A DNA stretch of 64,000 nt from Paraspadella gotoi (taxonomy: Eukaryota > Animalia > Chaetognatha), in assembly GCA_051294375.1 (NCBI GenBank), contig CM119264.1, forward strand, positions 17,795,157-17,859,156, written 5' to 3'. The position numbers and the translations under genes were made by a program. The notes beneath the pieces were generated by a model, which saw only the letters and a program-made list of their open reading frames with translations, was not told the origin of the DNA and ran no database searches. Positions within the stretch are counted from its first letter, which is position 1. Every line of letters begins with the position of its first letter. Of the stretch, positions 29,420 through 57,800 are shown piece after piece.

Positions 29420-31766
29420 CGCCATCGCGGTTCCTGCTTCCGGCCGTCACAATCGCTTGTCGCCAATTCAGTTTCGTCTCCGGTTTATGTGATATCAAAG
29501 TAAAAATTAATTATATTCTGTTAATAAAACGGGAACAACTACGAAACGCCATTCGACAAAAGACGGACGTCTTCATTGTACTTTTTTTAATTTTCTCTAG
29601 AGTATAAAAAATCGCAAAGCATATTCCTATTATTGTAGCTGCAGTAGTAGTGCAAATTACCAAAGTAGTGCCTAATGGTATGATATAGCCATTATCGTTA
29701 GCGGTATATTTCTGCCAAAGGAAAGCGTTAGAATTTTTTTCAACTACATACACTTTTGGTATATTTCTTGACTAAATTTCAACATATCTTTTTCACTTTA
29801 ACAAAGCCATAACTAACACATTTTATACAAAAATACATTAATTCAATTAGGCATTTTCTACTTGGATTTAGAGGAATAGAATTTCTGAAAATTTATATTT
29901 TCAAACATGCACGTTATAGTTTATACTTATAGTTTAAAATATTCATAATTGTCTTCACAGCAAAAACTACAACGTAGTTATATTTAAAAAATCTTGTTCT
30001 GAGCGTTATAGTTTAGCTATAGGTACGAAAAAAATCGTCGAACAGTGAATCGGTTCGAAGTATGTTTCAAAATGATGTTTCTCGCGATTTTTGAAAAATA
30101 ATTTCCGACCACAAGTTTGAAATTTGGCTCAAAAAATCAAATTATCGTGGCACTAAATATCAAAAAAGTTGCTCATTGACTCTTGCTTAAAGACTGACTT
30201 CAAAACTGACAACTACTTTTGAAAGTTGAAAATTTTAAAGATATAAATTCAGCATTCATAAAAATTTAACTGGTATTGTATCTTTATTACATTGGTAATA
30301 GAGCGAAAAATCGTGAGCTGCGATTTTTTCAATTATACAATATTTACGTACAAGAGTCATCCGTTTTAAATTCGACCGCAATTTTGTTGCGAAAAATAAA
30401 ATCTTTTTGTTTAGCCTTTTTATTATAACTACAAAAATTTCTCAATAAAAAGTTAAACTAAATTTTTTTTACTAATTTAATAGTGACCAACATCAATTTG
30501 AAATTTTTCCGTTATTTTTCGAGAGAGCTTTTTCAATAAGTTAAATTTATAAAACATTTAAAGCAAAACATATTCTACCTCATTTTTCTGATAATAATTT
30601 AAATATTTCTACCAGGTATAGGCTTTAAACCTTATAATAACATAACGATATAAAATAACAAAAAAGACAAAAGCAGCCTAAAAATTTCACAACGTAATAA
30701 AATGATAAAACCCATATTAAGAATCAAACGAGCTCAACTCAACTATAAATAAAAAAAATTAAACAAAACATTTCGTATATTCTTTACGATTCGTAAAAAT
30801 TCTTTATTTCGACCTTAAAGAAGTCCTGAAAAGTTAAAAAGGAAACGAAAAGACCTTTAAAGTTAAAAAACCAGTTGATACGTACAATTATGTTTTCACG
30901 ACTCTAAACAAAATCGATAGCCAATCACTTTATATACATTGTCTTTTATTTTTGAAGCCTTAATCACAAAGACTATCGTCCTCTGGCCCTCAAAAGAAAA
31001 ACATCGATTAATTCTTAGATTCATATTTTACACATTTAAATTTTATCGCGTTTGTACATATCTCCGCTCCTACTCTTTGTATGGATTTAGGGATCCACAC
31101 ATCAATGCCGTCTAGTCCATTACAAAAAAAAAATTTATCGTTAAGAATCTATTTCTTTTAAAGAACTAACCGCTGTGACTATAATCTAACACGGTGCTGT
31201 GTCCAAGGATTTTTGCTCATTGAAAAAAAAATCAATCCACAATCTAATTTACTAAGAGATTCAGTATTCGTACATCAGTTTATTACTTGTGATGCTTCCC
31301 AATAAAAAAATATGTTTTGTGTTTGAGAGCATTATTTTTTGTGATTGTCCCATGATTGTAAGCCCGTTGTTGTCTTCAAATCTAGTTTATCGATTCCACG
31401 CTTAATTTGTACCATGTTCTACATTTGTCTGAATTCTTCCCCTTTATTAAAAAATTTGTTGATATTTGCTCAAGTTAATCGTTTTTAAAAGCTTTAAGCT
31501 CGACAAGTTTTTGAAAGTTCGGATAGATGTTATAAAGCACAGTTAGCTATCAAATAAACTATAAAAACCTTGATTCCTAATTAAGGGGCTAGCTCCTATC
31601 TCATTCTCATATTCGCCATAATTCACGATACCTATAACTCCTATAACTATTCTAATTTTCAATATTAATTTCGATTTAGAGAGAAAATTTTTTTTTTGTT
31701 AACAAACAATGATTTTTATTTAAAAATATTAATTTCTAATTTTAATCGAGTCGAGAGATTTTACAG

Positions 31767-32911
31767 TAGTGTTCCGATAACCGTTAACTGTTAACGGTTA
31801 TTAACGGTTAAAAATAATTTTAACTTAACCGTTAATATATTTATTTTAACGGTTAAATTCGGTTAATTTTCAAATGTGATTTTTTTCATATTTTTACCCC
31901 TCTCTCTCTTCTCCAATTTTTCCCTGCTTTATTCCTTTGTTATTTTCTTCTTTTTTTTCTATCCTCATCTCTCTCTTATTCTTTCTTCCCCTTTATTTAT
32001 CTCCTACTGTTCCTTTCTTTTTCTTTTGCACTTTTCCCCTTTTTCTTTCCCCTTTCTTTTTTCTCCTTTTTTCGCCCTTTGCTTTTACCTTTTTCCTTAT
32101 TTTTGCCCTTTCATGCAATAATATATATTCAATTTAGCTAAAAATAAATAATCCCTCTTATTTTACTTTTTCTCTCTTTTTTCTTTCCCTCTTTAAAATT
32201 AACAAAGAAGCAAATGAAATAAAACCGAATGAATGAAAAAAATGAATAAAAAACCAAATAAAATATTATTTTAAAAAATTTAAAAATTAATAATAGAAGG
32301 AACGAATCTTAAAAAAGACATATAAAAAAGAATAATGATGATATAATTTTTAATTAAACTGAAAAATATATTTATTAATCAATAAATATTTTGATCAATT
32401 GATAAATCAACCAGTCTATCAATAAATTAAAATTCATATTTATATTTATGGTCAATGACCATTAGTCATAGTTTATAAAAGACTAACAACAGAAAACAAG
32501 CGTTTAAGAAACTAACAACTACAAAAATAATGAGGAAGAGAAGAAGTAGAGAAAGAAAAAGAGAAAGCAAAAGAGAGAAAGAGAAAACAAAATATAGAAT
32601 TAGAATTTGATGGTATCCTTTCGTTTCGTTGTGTTATGAGATTAGCAAAAAATATTTGTTTTGTTACAACAACAATTTTATTTGACATAAAAACAGACAT
32701 GTTTCGACCCTGTTTCAAGTCTTTATCAGCGCATTCAAGAGCCAGAGTTAAAGAGAAAATACCATTAAATACTTTAGTTTGTTTTAAATCTTAATATTTT
32801 AAATTTAAAGTTAAATTATAAAATTAACCGATCTTAACGGTTAACCGTTAAAAATGTTAGTTTTAACGGTTAAGCGAATTTCCTAAAAAATTAACGGTTA
32901 TCGGAACTCTA
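31767..32911. mobile_element. Non-autonomous hAT-type DNA transposon (MITE)
   Basis: TIRs tagtgttccgataaccgttaa / ttaacggttatcggaactcta (1 mismatch in 21). 8-bp TSD ttttacag at 31759-31766 and 32912-32919. Subterminal taaccgttaa/ttaacggtta motifs are clustered at both ends. No transposase ORF. Confidence 0.9.
32695..32737 (-). ncRNA. Degenerate Penelope-type minimal hammerhead ribozyme motif
   Basis: Minus strand gaatgcg CTGATAA a GAC ttgaaacagg GTC GAAAC ATG TC, followed ~13 nt later by AATAAA. The core has a G-to-A substitution (CUGAUAA). Confidence 0.45.
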
Positions 32912-33504
32912 TTTTACAGCATGTTCCTTGTTCTTTTTTCAAAAGGCGGAGTTTGGCTTGTAAATCCGAAAGATGACTCGAAAATCAAGATTTCTTTTCA
33001 CATTGGTTGCCTAAAAAAGTAAAAAAATACAAAAAGAAACAAAAGCTCAATTTATTTTCTCACAGTCCTGAATCACAGAAATCTGCTCGTTCGTGCTCGC
33101 TCTTGTTATTTTCTTTCCTTTTTTTTTTTGGTTTTGCCGGTATTTATTTTCTGTCGATTTTCGCAGTCAATGTCGACGAATCGCATTTGTGAATCGGCAA
33201 CCGGGCGAATTCCGCTCCTCAGAGTCAGAGCTTTTAAATTGGCCATTGGCCTCGGCACTGTCTCGACAACAAAGCGAGAAAATTATGTGAAATATGTAAA
33301 AAATAATTGAGTCAAGCTGCAGAAAACGCCAAAATTATAAAAATACAGGTAATTTTTTTCATTTTCTCCCTATTCTGGCTGTATTTCTTTTTTAATTTAA
33401 TTTTGTTTTGAAAATAGTTTTTGTATTCGTAATTTTTCTTTCACTAAAGTAACGAAAATTATAAAAGTAAAACGTCCTCTATGAGCATGAGCTTATTAAA
33501 TAGA

Positions 33505-33601
33505 GGGACGGAGGCTTTAACCAGGCTTTGTCCTAAGGCAGGGGTATGATAGCTATTTATTAAATGAATGGATAATTTTCATATTGGTTGTACCTATTTC
33601 A
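33505..33601 (+). repeat. Dispersed ~95-bp repeat, copy 1 (copy 2 at ~35328-35427)
   Basis: Both copies share ggaggc.ttaa...cagggg.a.gatagct.atttattaaatgaatggataatttt.atattg.ttgtacc.atttca. Confidence 0.75.
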
Positions 33602-34292
33602 AAAGAAAAAGAGATCGTTAGTCTAAACGTCACTTCTCTTTTTTCTCCAGTCTCCACAGACCTCTCTTTGAGAGCGGTCTTCTTATCGATTTTTTCTTTT
33701 CAAATTCACGCCAACCTTTTAATGTTTTGGGCCGAAACCAAAAAACCCACACATTTCATTTTTTCGCGGTTTTCTGGAGGGGGATATACGTTACACTCTC
33801 TCTCTCTCTGTCTCTCTGTCTGTCTGTCAATCTACTTTTTTATTATTTTTCTGGCTTCTCTTTATTTGGAGTCAAATCATAAACAATTCTTTTTACAGGT
33901 TATTTAAATTACTTAAGGGTATTTAATTTTTAATCGAAATCGCTGATAATCGAAAAAATTGAATATATACCAAAGCAAATGGTTTCTTCTCTAAGACCGC
34001 TTTTTTTCTCTTATTTATTATTCTTTCAGTTTTCTTTTTTTTTTTTTAAATTAACTGCGCTTACATTCTTTTCCGCCAGAAGAATTTCATTTTAAAAGCT
34101 TCGTTCAAAAGAGGCATTCAGTGTGAGGCGGCGGGTCGTTGCCGAATTCCTTGCAAACTCGAGTCACGACGAGTAATTTCTGGCGAAAATGACTCAGCGA
34201 CTCTCGTCGTGATAGCCTGATCGCTGATAAAAAATCACCCCGAGCCTCAAAAAATCATATTACCCTTTCATTTGCAATTGTCGATAAGATAA

Positions 34293-34344
<52 letters not shown>

Positions 34345-34927
34345 CTTGCCTGCCTGCCTCTCTCGCCTTGATAAATTTATTTACCGGAAGAGATCGTGAG
34401 AAGCAAACCGATAATTTTTGTACCCATGCTTTAGACAATTCTTGGCCAGTAAAAATAAAGTAAAATAAAGAGCTTCAATTTACTTTGTTTTTTATGGTAG
34501 CAGCATCTTAAATTAGGAGTACCCAACTACCCATGTACTTTTCACACATTGGTCTGTTCGTTTTCTTTTTCTTTTATATTTTCTTGTTTCTCTTTTTTCT
34601 TTTTCCTCTTTCCTCTTTCCTTTTCTCTTTTTTCTTTCTTCCTGTCTAATGAATATTTTATTTTTGCCTTTAATTATAATGCCTTTTCGAAATGTTGTTT
34701 GAAATCGGCGTGCGTCCGTGTTTTTCGGAAATCTTGGAGTTTCGATTTTATCGCTTTAATGTTATCAAGATTTTCAATTCTCGGAAATTTTGTTTTTTCT
34801 GACAGAATATCACGCTTCAAAGCCAATCGTTTTCTCTCTTAGAAAAAATATACAATAAAATTATAGATACTAAAATTTTAAATTGCAACGCAAACGACAA
34901 CGATATTTTTAAACTGAACAGGATATC

Positions 34928-36237
34928 ATGTCCTGTCACGTTCCCTGCGCCTGCGTCGGTTCGATCAACCTTCGACGGCCGCCGATTTGGGACGCCAAAC
35001 ATCTTCATAAGAAAAACCGCGTTTTTGAAGGATTGTGCGGTAAGTGACGATTATGGCGATTAATATTTCGCATACTCTATATATTCCTTTATTGAATTGA
35101 AAAAGACATGATAACATAATTTTATGTACGTACGGCGGAGTACAATATAGTATTTCCCGATCTAATACTGAAGGGAGTGGTCTTTTCATTCAATTGAAAC
35201 ATTCTTTAAAACATTATACCACTTCATTGATAGGGAAGCCAGGTACTCTGGGAGTGAACAAAAGAGACTGTGAGAGTCTTGATTGAAAGCTTGCAGGGAC
35301 CTGCTATGTCATTATCTTGTAAGAGTGATGGAGGCCTTAAACCACCAAAGCCTATCCAAAGTCAGGGGCAAGATAGCTTATTTATTAAATGAATGGATAA
35401 TTTTTATATTGTTTGTACCAATTTCATATAGTATTTTCGGTAATGATTATTACTGATTGTCATAATATTAGTTAAACAAGTATTATCAAGAGTAGAGATC
35501 CTGAATGTGACTGAAAAAAAAAAAAAATTTTCCCCACAGGGAGCTCGTCGAATATCTCGTTGAATTCATCCTCCTCCGTTGACTCACAAAACCCGTCAAC
35601 CTCTATTCATTCTATTAGCAACTCCCCATCCAGCTCCCATCCCTCGAACATCATTCGTAACGCCGACGACTCGTCAATCTCTGTTCCTTCCTTGCGTTAC
35701 TCGTGTCTGGGCGCCGTCAACCTCCGACGTCCCCCTATTTGGGACATGAAGCATCTTCGTTCCCCGACGCCGCCGTCCTCGCTGACGCAAAGACTTCATC
35801 GAACGGGCGCGGCAATTTTCACCAAGTGCTTTTCGCTTCTGACGGGTCAGACCGCGGCGCGGTCGCGCGAATCGACGCCTCCTGGCACAGCAGAGTTCCT
35901 GGCGCCCATGCCGACGGCGCCGCACAAAAAAATGAAGGGATCTCGAACCTTCAAGAGAAAAGTCGTTAAAACTTGTAATTCGGAGCCTTTCTCCAAACGA
36001 ATCAGAAGCAACTCGACGGATAAAGATCTACTTAATTTGACTTTTTCTCCTATTTTGAGTTCCACTTTCGATGCAAATCCCCGCCCAGCAACAGTCGCGC
36101 CCCCTCTTACTTCTTCAGTCCTGCTACGAAGCATGCCGCCGGCCTTTAAACCTGTCTTCAATTCCGCCTTCACGCCCGCATTCGACGATGACCGAGTCAT
36201 CAGGGCCAATTGGACGCCGCCCAGAAGGCCCTGTTAA
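34928..36237 (+). CDS. Uncharacterised ~269-aa S/P-rich protein with a duplicated CxGxxNLRRPPIWDxKHL motif; 2 coding exons
   Basis: Exon 34928-35039 (MSCHVPCACVGSINLRRPPIWDAKHLHKKNRVFEGLC, donor G|GTAAGT) joins in phase to exon 35540-36237 (acceptor ccccacag; GSSSNISLNSSS...SCLGAVNLRRPPIWDMKHL...RPC*). The protein-level motif is conserved between exons despite synonymous DNA differences. Confidence 0.78.
35328..35427 (+). repeat. Dispersed ~95-bp repeat, copy 2 (intronic)
   Basis: Matches 33505-33601. Confidence 0.75.
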
Positions 36238-37423
36238 AATTTTCGCTCTCCCGCGGTTCTAATTCTACACTATCTCGTGCCATACATACTATGTATTACA
36301 TAGTCTTGGCGCGATAATATGAAACTAATGATTTGATAAATTAATATTACTTGATAACTATTTGGTGTTGCCCAAATTGCATTGGCTCAGAGAAGCTTAT
36401 GTGAAACTTTTAGTAAAAGTGGATATAAAAGTAATAATCAAAACCAATGAGGCACAATCTTAGTTAATGACGATTGAATTCACTAAATTTATAAAAAAAT
36501 CGTAGAAGGATGAAAAAAGTGTTTCGAATTTCTTACAATCAGTTAATTAGAGAGAGTCTGCTCGAAATCTAGCGGTTTCTTGTAATATTAGTATAAAATG
36601 TTTTTTTTAATCAATTTTAGGGCATTCAATCGTACTTGTTGCTTCCGTGCTTTCCAACTTCCAATATTTATTTGATTACCTAATCATTTTCTTATCACAC
36701 CAATCTTTCGGACTAATTTCCCGTTTTTATTCCTATCGTTTGAGATATTTGCTTTTGGTTGATTTGTCTTTTAATTAAACTTTTATGCCTGCAAAGCTGC
36801 TCTAAAATGCCAAAATTCGACAATCATAAATAGATAATTTATTTTCATCTCAAAAACTGCCAGTTGCTTTTCTTGACGGATCAGACAAGAATTTTTTAAC
36901 ACATTTAAGCGCATGCAATTTATAACTATTATGACTTATAAAATGAAATTATTCCGCGCATTTTAAAATTAAATATTTTTTTTTTTGTTTCGCGCCGAGT
37001 CGGTTTAGAAGCACTAACTTAATATTTTATAAATATAATAGTAAAAATTAATCGCGGTGACCGACGTACGATCCCGCGACCGACTTCACGCTTCAGTAAG
37101 ACATTTTCGCAACGACAATAGGACAATTTAGAATTACTGCTGTACATCTCAGTTGCAGGAGCTGTATAGCTGTAAATGGTACACATCTTTACAGAATAAG
37201 ATAAAAAGGAAGATACGGTGGCACGCTTTGTTCCATTAATAACAAACAAGTTTAGTTAACGAAAATTCTAAAAATATTAAATATACACAATAAAACAGTT
37301 AGGCACGTGAAGCTCGTTGGAGACTAGAGGACAAGAGAAACGACAAGCCGCATATAAAAATGTTCAAGCTTATGAACTGTGTTAATTTTCAGTTGTTAAA
37401 AAGGTTTCAGGAAACCCGTTGAT

Positions 37424-52247
<14,824 letters not shown>

Positions 52248-52540
52248 TTTAAGATTTGGTGATTACAGTTCCACTTTTTTTTTCAGTTTTGATTCCGGGA
52301 CGTTTACTTTCCAACCAGAGATCCCGACAGAGTGCAAGACTTAACGGGTCTCGCCGACCAGACAGGTGGACCGGTCTCGACCAATCGAATGCCAGAAATG
52401 CAACGAAACCGTCGCCTTAACAGATGCAACGTCCGAACAAACGCCTTTTTTTGAGTTTAAAAAAATTTGAAAAAATAATTAAAGGAACACATCGACCTCT
52501 TCTATTCGCGGCATCTTTTTTGAAAAAAAAAAGCTTGATA

Positions 52541-52544
<4 letters not shown>

Positions 52545-52635
<91 letters not shown>
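52545..52635. repeat. (AG)n microsatellite, one of many (also ~1064, 2494, 13036, 19215, 34297, 45202, 48410, 53925, 60080, 61634, 62841, 63597)
   Basis: Perfect or near-perfect AG/CT runs; they explain the ER-repeat and LS-repeat ORFs. Confidence 0.95.
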
Positions 52636-52638
<3 letters not shown>

Positions 52639-53939
52639 TATTCAAAATAAAACAACTGTACGTGTACAGAGTCATAAAAATTTAGTAAAAAAAAATATTT
52701 TCGTTCATTGTTGATTTCTCATGCAAAACGCTGCAAGGTAGATAAAGATAATGAATAAGCCTTTTTATCGCTCAACCGTCTACGAGCAGAAAGCGGATCT
52801 TCAGAACTTCAGAAGATCGATTTTTGTTAAACCACGATAAAAGTCCTTGTTTGTGAATTCAGTTTTTTTCCCCAAAAGAACAAAACTAGATTTTCATTCG
52901 CGAAACGAAAGAGCAAATCCGTTGTATGACAAAGCGTTTGCCTTGTCAGCTGGGATAAGAAATAGACAATAAAAACTTTAAAAAAAGGGAAGATAAGCCG
53001 CGATGAGACAGCGAAGGTGAGTCTGAGAGAATTAGGTAAGGAGATCCGTGAATTAAGACGAAATTTAGGTGCGTCGTCGATTCTCCTTTTTTCTTCGATC
53101 TTAAAAGTTTTTTTTTTTCCGCCCAAACCTTGGTGGTCCTTACTCTTTTTTTTTATATTTCGAACATAAAAATAAGACGGTAGTTCAACGGACTTGCGCC
53201 AACCTAGATTGAACCTGTTGGGCATCTCTTTGCAAAAAGTTTACTCCGATCTTAGACGAAGGGATCGACGAAAATTTATGAATGACGCGTCGACGAATTC
53301 GTCAAAGAAAGAAATCGTAAACTTTTCAAGAATCAACTCGTAAGTATTTATGTATATTTTCTTTAATAGGACCCCGACGTTTCGGGTCTTCCAAATTTAA
53401 AACCTAAAGTTTTAAGTGAATTTACGTTTAGTCCGAATAACATAAATTACGCTACAAATAAAAAAAAATCTTAAGACGGACGAAGTTAAGAAAGGCCATT
53501 GAGCTCCAAATTAGAAACGAGCCGTTCCTGATGCAGGTGGCGATTTTATGATCTTCGGGCATTTGATTTTGAGGATAGAGATTGAGAACACGCCTCAAAA
53601 TATTTCGCATTATTAAAATGACACACAGAAAAAAATATTAAAATATAAAGCAATGAAAATACAATTCCCTACTGAATAATACCAATCAATAAAATTAATT
53701 AATCAATATATAAAATTTTCAATGAGTCGATCCAACCATCCCACAATGGGCATCCCGAAAAAATGAACGAATAAAAAAAATAAACCAGACGCCGTTGGGC
53801 GATTCGTCGAGACGAAGCACAGCATCAATTCCGAGAAGAAAGAACGAAAAATTAAGAGAGGAAATGCATACGTATCTATTTTATAATTTCTGACGCCGAG
53901 ATTGACACGGGACCGGGACGAGAAGAGAGAGAAGAGAGC

Positions 53940-54004
<65 letters not shown>

Positions 54005-54849
54005 GAGAGAGAGAAGGAAGAGAGAGAGGGTAATCATTTTGTATTGATATTGAAAATAGGAGTAGGGCTAGTCAGTTTTCTAATAATACCTCAAAAAGCT
54101 ACTTTATCAGAAAATAAGAATTAAGCACGATCCTGGCCTTAAACAATTAATTATACTCTACTTACTTTTTGTCGACTTCAATTTACTTCAAAGCTATTCT
54201 ATTCAATATACACGGTCATATTACTTCAACTGTTAGTTATCTGAAGCTGATATCACTTTCAAGTTTACATGACGATGGACTCTTTCTCAATTACAGTTGA
54301 TAAACAATGTTTTGTTAGAAACCGATCCCAGCCCAACAAAGTTTTTATCTGGGGAAATTATTTAGTTATAGACGTATTTTGAAGCAATGCCGACCAAATA
54401 ATGTGTGGGTGGGGGGGCTGTTCAAATAAATGGATTGTGACGTATTATACATTTCAATATGTGGATTTTGTAACATACGAACAGTATTCAGTAGGATTAT
54501 ACTACGCTGCATCTAAAGCAAATTTCCTATTCAATATGAATCGTAATTTAATGAAAATATATTTTGATTGCTCGTAATTGAACTATTAAATTTTTTCCCA
54601 GTAGGCATTTACAGAATTAAGAAAACAAGGAGTAGAATACATAAAAGATATATAGGAAAGAAAACAATTTGTCATGGGCAAGATTAAATTGTACCACCAA
54701 CAAACAAAACTGGATAGACGGTTAATTGTAATATTTTTGATTTTGCTTTAGAAACACAATTCGTTAATATGCAGTTGTCATGATTAGTATTACGATCTAT
54801 TATTAACAAGCCAAGGACAACAGACTGAATTAAGACATGAATCTTCAGT

Positions 54850-57800
54850 AAAAAGATATATAGCTTTTACGTCGTAGTTAAATAAAGAGGACATCTACGT
54901 GATAGAAGCAATTCCGATTTTAGCAGACATAAAACTCTAAGAACCATGTATGCACCGATTATTTCATAGACCGGTAAGCAGTGTTCTGGGAGGCAACGAA
55001 GCGCGTCAATTTTGGGAGGACTGCCCCAAGCCGAAGAGTCATCAGCATATCTGAGAGAGTTTTCTAAGACTTCTTTTTTAAGTGTGAGTTGAATAATTTG
55101 GTTTGTCACAATCTTTATCACTTTGAAGATTGGAGATTTCAATATAAAATGCTAAAGATCAGAGACTTTATCAGCCCCTGAGTGGGAAAGCGCACAAAAT
55201 GTCTTATGATTCAGAACTGTCACCCTTGATATGACACAAATTTTTCGGTTGAAAAAGGAAGCAAATACGTTTTATAGCCATGCCTATGGTAGCTTGATTT
55301 TTATGAGTTTATATTTTAGACCTTGAAGTCCATATGTTGTCAAATGCGTAGGCGTAGTCAAGAGTTACGAGGAATTAGTTCCTCCCTACCTTGAAACCCG
55401 CATGGGCATCCTCGACAAGCGCGAAATATATTTTCCGGTTGCAGCCTTCCTTTTAAATATGAAGCCAGACTGCAGTCATGCAGCTCGTATTTCCTTCGTT
55501 TGTCATAGCTGCTAATGAGCCGGGTAATATAGTAGTCGTTCAGTAATTTTCCAAGAAGCTGAAAGGAGGCTCGATAGGTCGGTATTCGTGGATTGTGGAT
55601 CTTGCCTGTTTGGTGGATTACCCTAAATGTGCGATCTTTCACGTAGTTCTGCGAAAATAACCGAGTAATAAACGATTTGTAATGAAAGCTAGATATAGTT
55701 AATTGTATGCCTAAGCAATTATTTAGCATGTTATAGAGTGATGCATCTGCCTGGAGCAGAAATTCGTTTTTAGAGATATTTTATTGTTTCATAAATATTT
55801 TGAGGGTCTAACAGAATCTCTGACAAAATTCTCAAATTCAACACTCGGCCATGACTGACCATTGCCATAGTTTAAGAAAGTGATGAAAATTGTCTATTAG
55901 TTTTTACGACCTTTTTACCCAATCTTCATTTCCTGGAGGAACTGCTGGATTTTCCCATAATTATTTTTAAGTCTTTCTTGCGTGCTATTTGTTTGAGATT
56001 GTTTGTTTGTAACGCCTGAGAGTGCCATAGGTCTTTGAGCATCAGCATCTGGGGAGAGATTGTTTTAAAGATTGTTATAGTTAGTTATGAGATTACCATT
56101 TCGTTGGGGGTCATTTTTCAATTTAAAATCCATTTGCTTTTTTTAAAATCATGCTCACATAAAGGATTTTTATCTCAATCCTTACTTTGCGACATAATAA
56201 TGAAATTCAGCTTTCAAGATTGGATTACTTGTAAATCCTAACTTTACTAGCTTTTGTAATTTTCGTGCAAGAATCTTTTTCTTTTTATTAGATTTTTTTA
56301 ATTCAGAATGATGAATTATGATCAAGTTAGTAGGATTTGTGAGTTTTGCTATGGATTTTGGGGTAAAGCATTTTATCAATGTTTCCAGTAAATTTGTTGA
56401 CAGCAAGAATCTGCTAGATCTTTTGAGATGAGATCGGTAGGTAAATCTTAGTAAGTTTAATGTCACAAGATTACGAAATCTGACCAATTAGTCGTTGTTT
56501 ATTTAAAATGCTCTTTTATTTATTTATTGGGTTTTGGGTTAATTAGTAGTGGAAGATTGGTCCCACTCCGACGTCTTCAGGCTTTGCACATGAAGAGGAT
56601 TTTATCAGAGAATTATGATACTGTTAGTGCCGATCTAGAGTTGTTTGGAGACCAGTAGATTTACGTTATAAATTGTCGGTAAATTTACTGATTATAGCAG
56701 TATTAAAATTAGAACTAGATATAAAGATTTAAGACGTTGTTCCACCTTGTGGAGAGTCTGTTTCTTCCGCAGACGTTCAGAGTGGGAGAGTTTAACGCCA
56801 ACTAGGTACTGGAGACGTACATTACGGTTATTTTGAAAAATGTTGAAACATAAATAAAAGATATCGCGTGTAAGTTTCTCCTGAGGTGGTTGTATGTCGT
56901 GCATAGAACGAATTTTTCTATTATCTTTTAAACAGCGTTCGCAATAAGACTTTCTCTCTTGTGATTGTGATAATTAATCTCACAGCAGGAAGCATGGCTG
57001 GGACAGTTATAGAAAAACAGTGTAAAAAGTAGCGACATTACACCTCCTGCCCGAAGTTACTGATTCATAATGAATGTTTTAAATTTTCAAACAAATAGAT
57101 TCCTTGAACGGCATATCTAATGTCTTGCACCAAAAATAATAGAATAATTTTTTTAGATTTTCTATTAGATTTAAAAAGTTCAACAATCTTGTTGGTCTAC
57201 GTTAGTGCTTTAGCTGAAGGACAGCAAACAGGCAAAGATTTGAGGCGATTTTATCAGTTTTTAGAACGTACAAAGGTTATTCCATTTCCTTAAAAGCAGC
57301 TTCGGTGCCTCCCTTGGGTCTTCATGGGTTCAAAAGACCGCTTGGGACTGAGATCATTTTCTGTGGCTTGACTATTGATCTTGAGAAGAGAGAAAAATCT
57401 TCATCAGTTGCCCATCAGAGATGAGCCTCTTGGGTTGAAACAAAGGATCTGCCAGTCTCACCTTGTACGTTTTCGAATTGTTGTTGAATAGATTTTTTGA
57501 TTTATTAGACGAAGTGGAGACTTGCTCTTCTGTTTTTGATTACTACTGTATTGTTGTATTTCATTCACATCCTGTTGATCACGAGGACAATAATTTTCTT
57601 CTTGTATTTCTGAACCTATTCCATTTCACGCAAAAATGGAACACGCAAAGACTAATCTTTCTAAATCTTCTGATGACAGTCTAGTGAAGAAGTATGTGAA
57701 CCTGATTTGGATTGAATGGCATAGATTTTTCAGTCTGAGGAATTAGCAGCACAGAGGAAGATATGGTTGGATTAACGGACAGGCCCTCTTCAGTAAATAG

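Noticed and set aside
30950-31480. Possible decayed transposase or helicase fragment
   Set aside because: Only short stop-interrupted frames; no motif I could identify.
53368-53395. Hammerhead-like cgaaacgtcgg words here and at ~60830
   Set aside because: No upstream CTGANGA core on the same strand.
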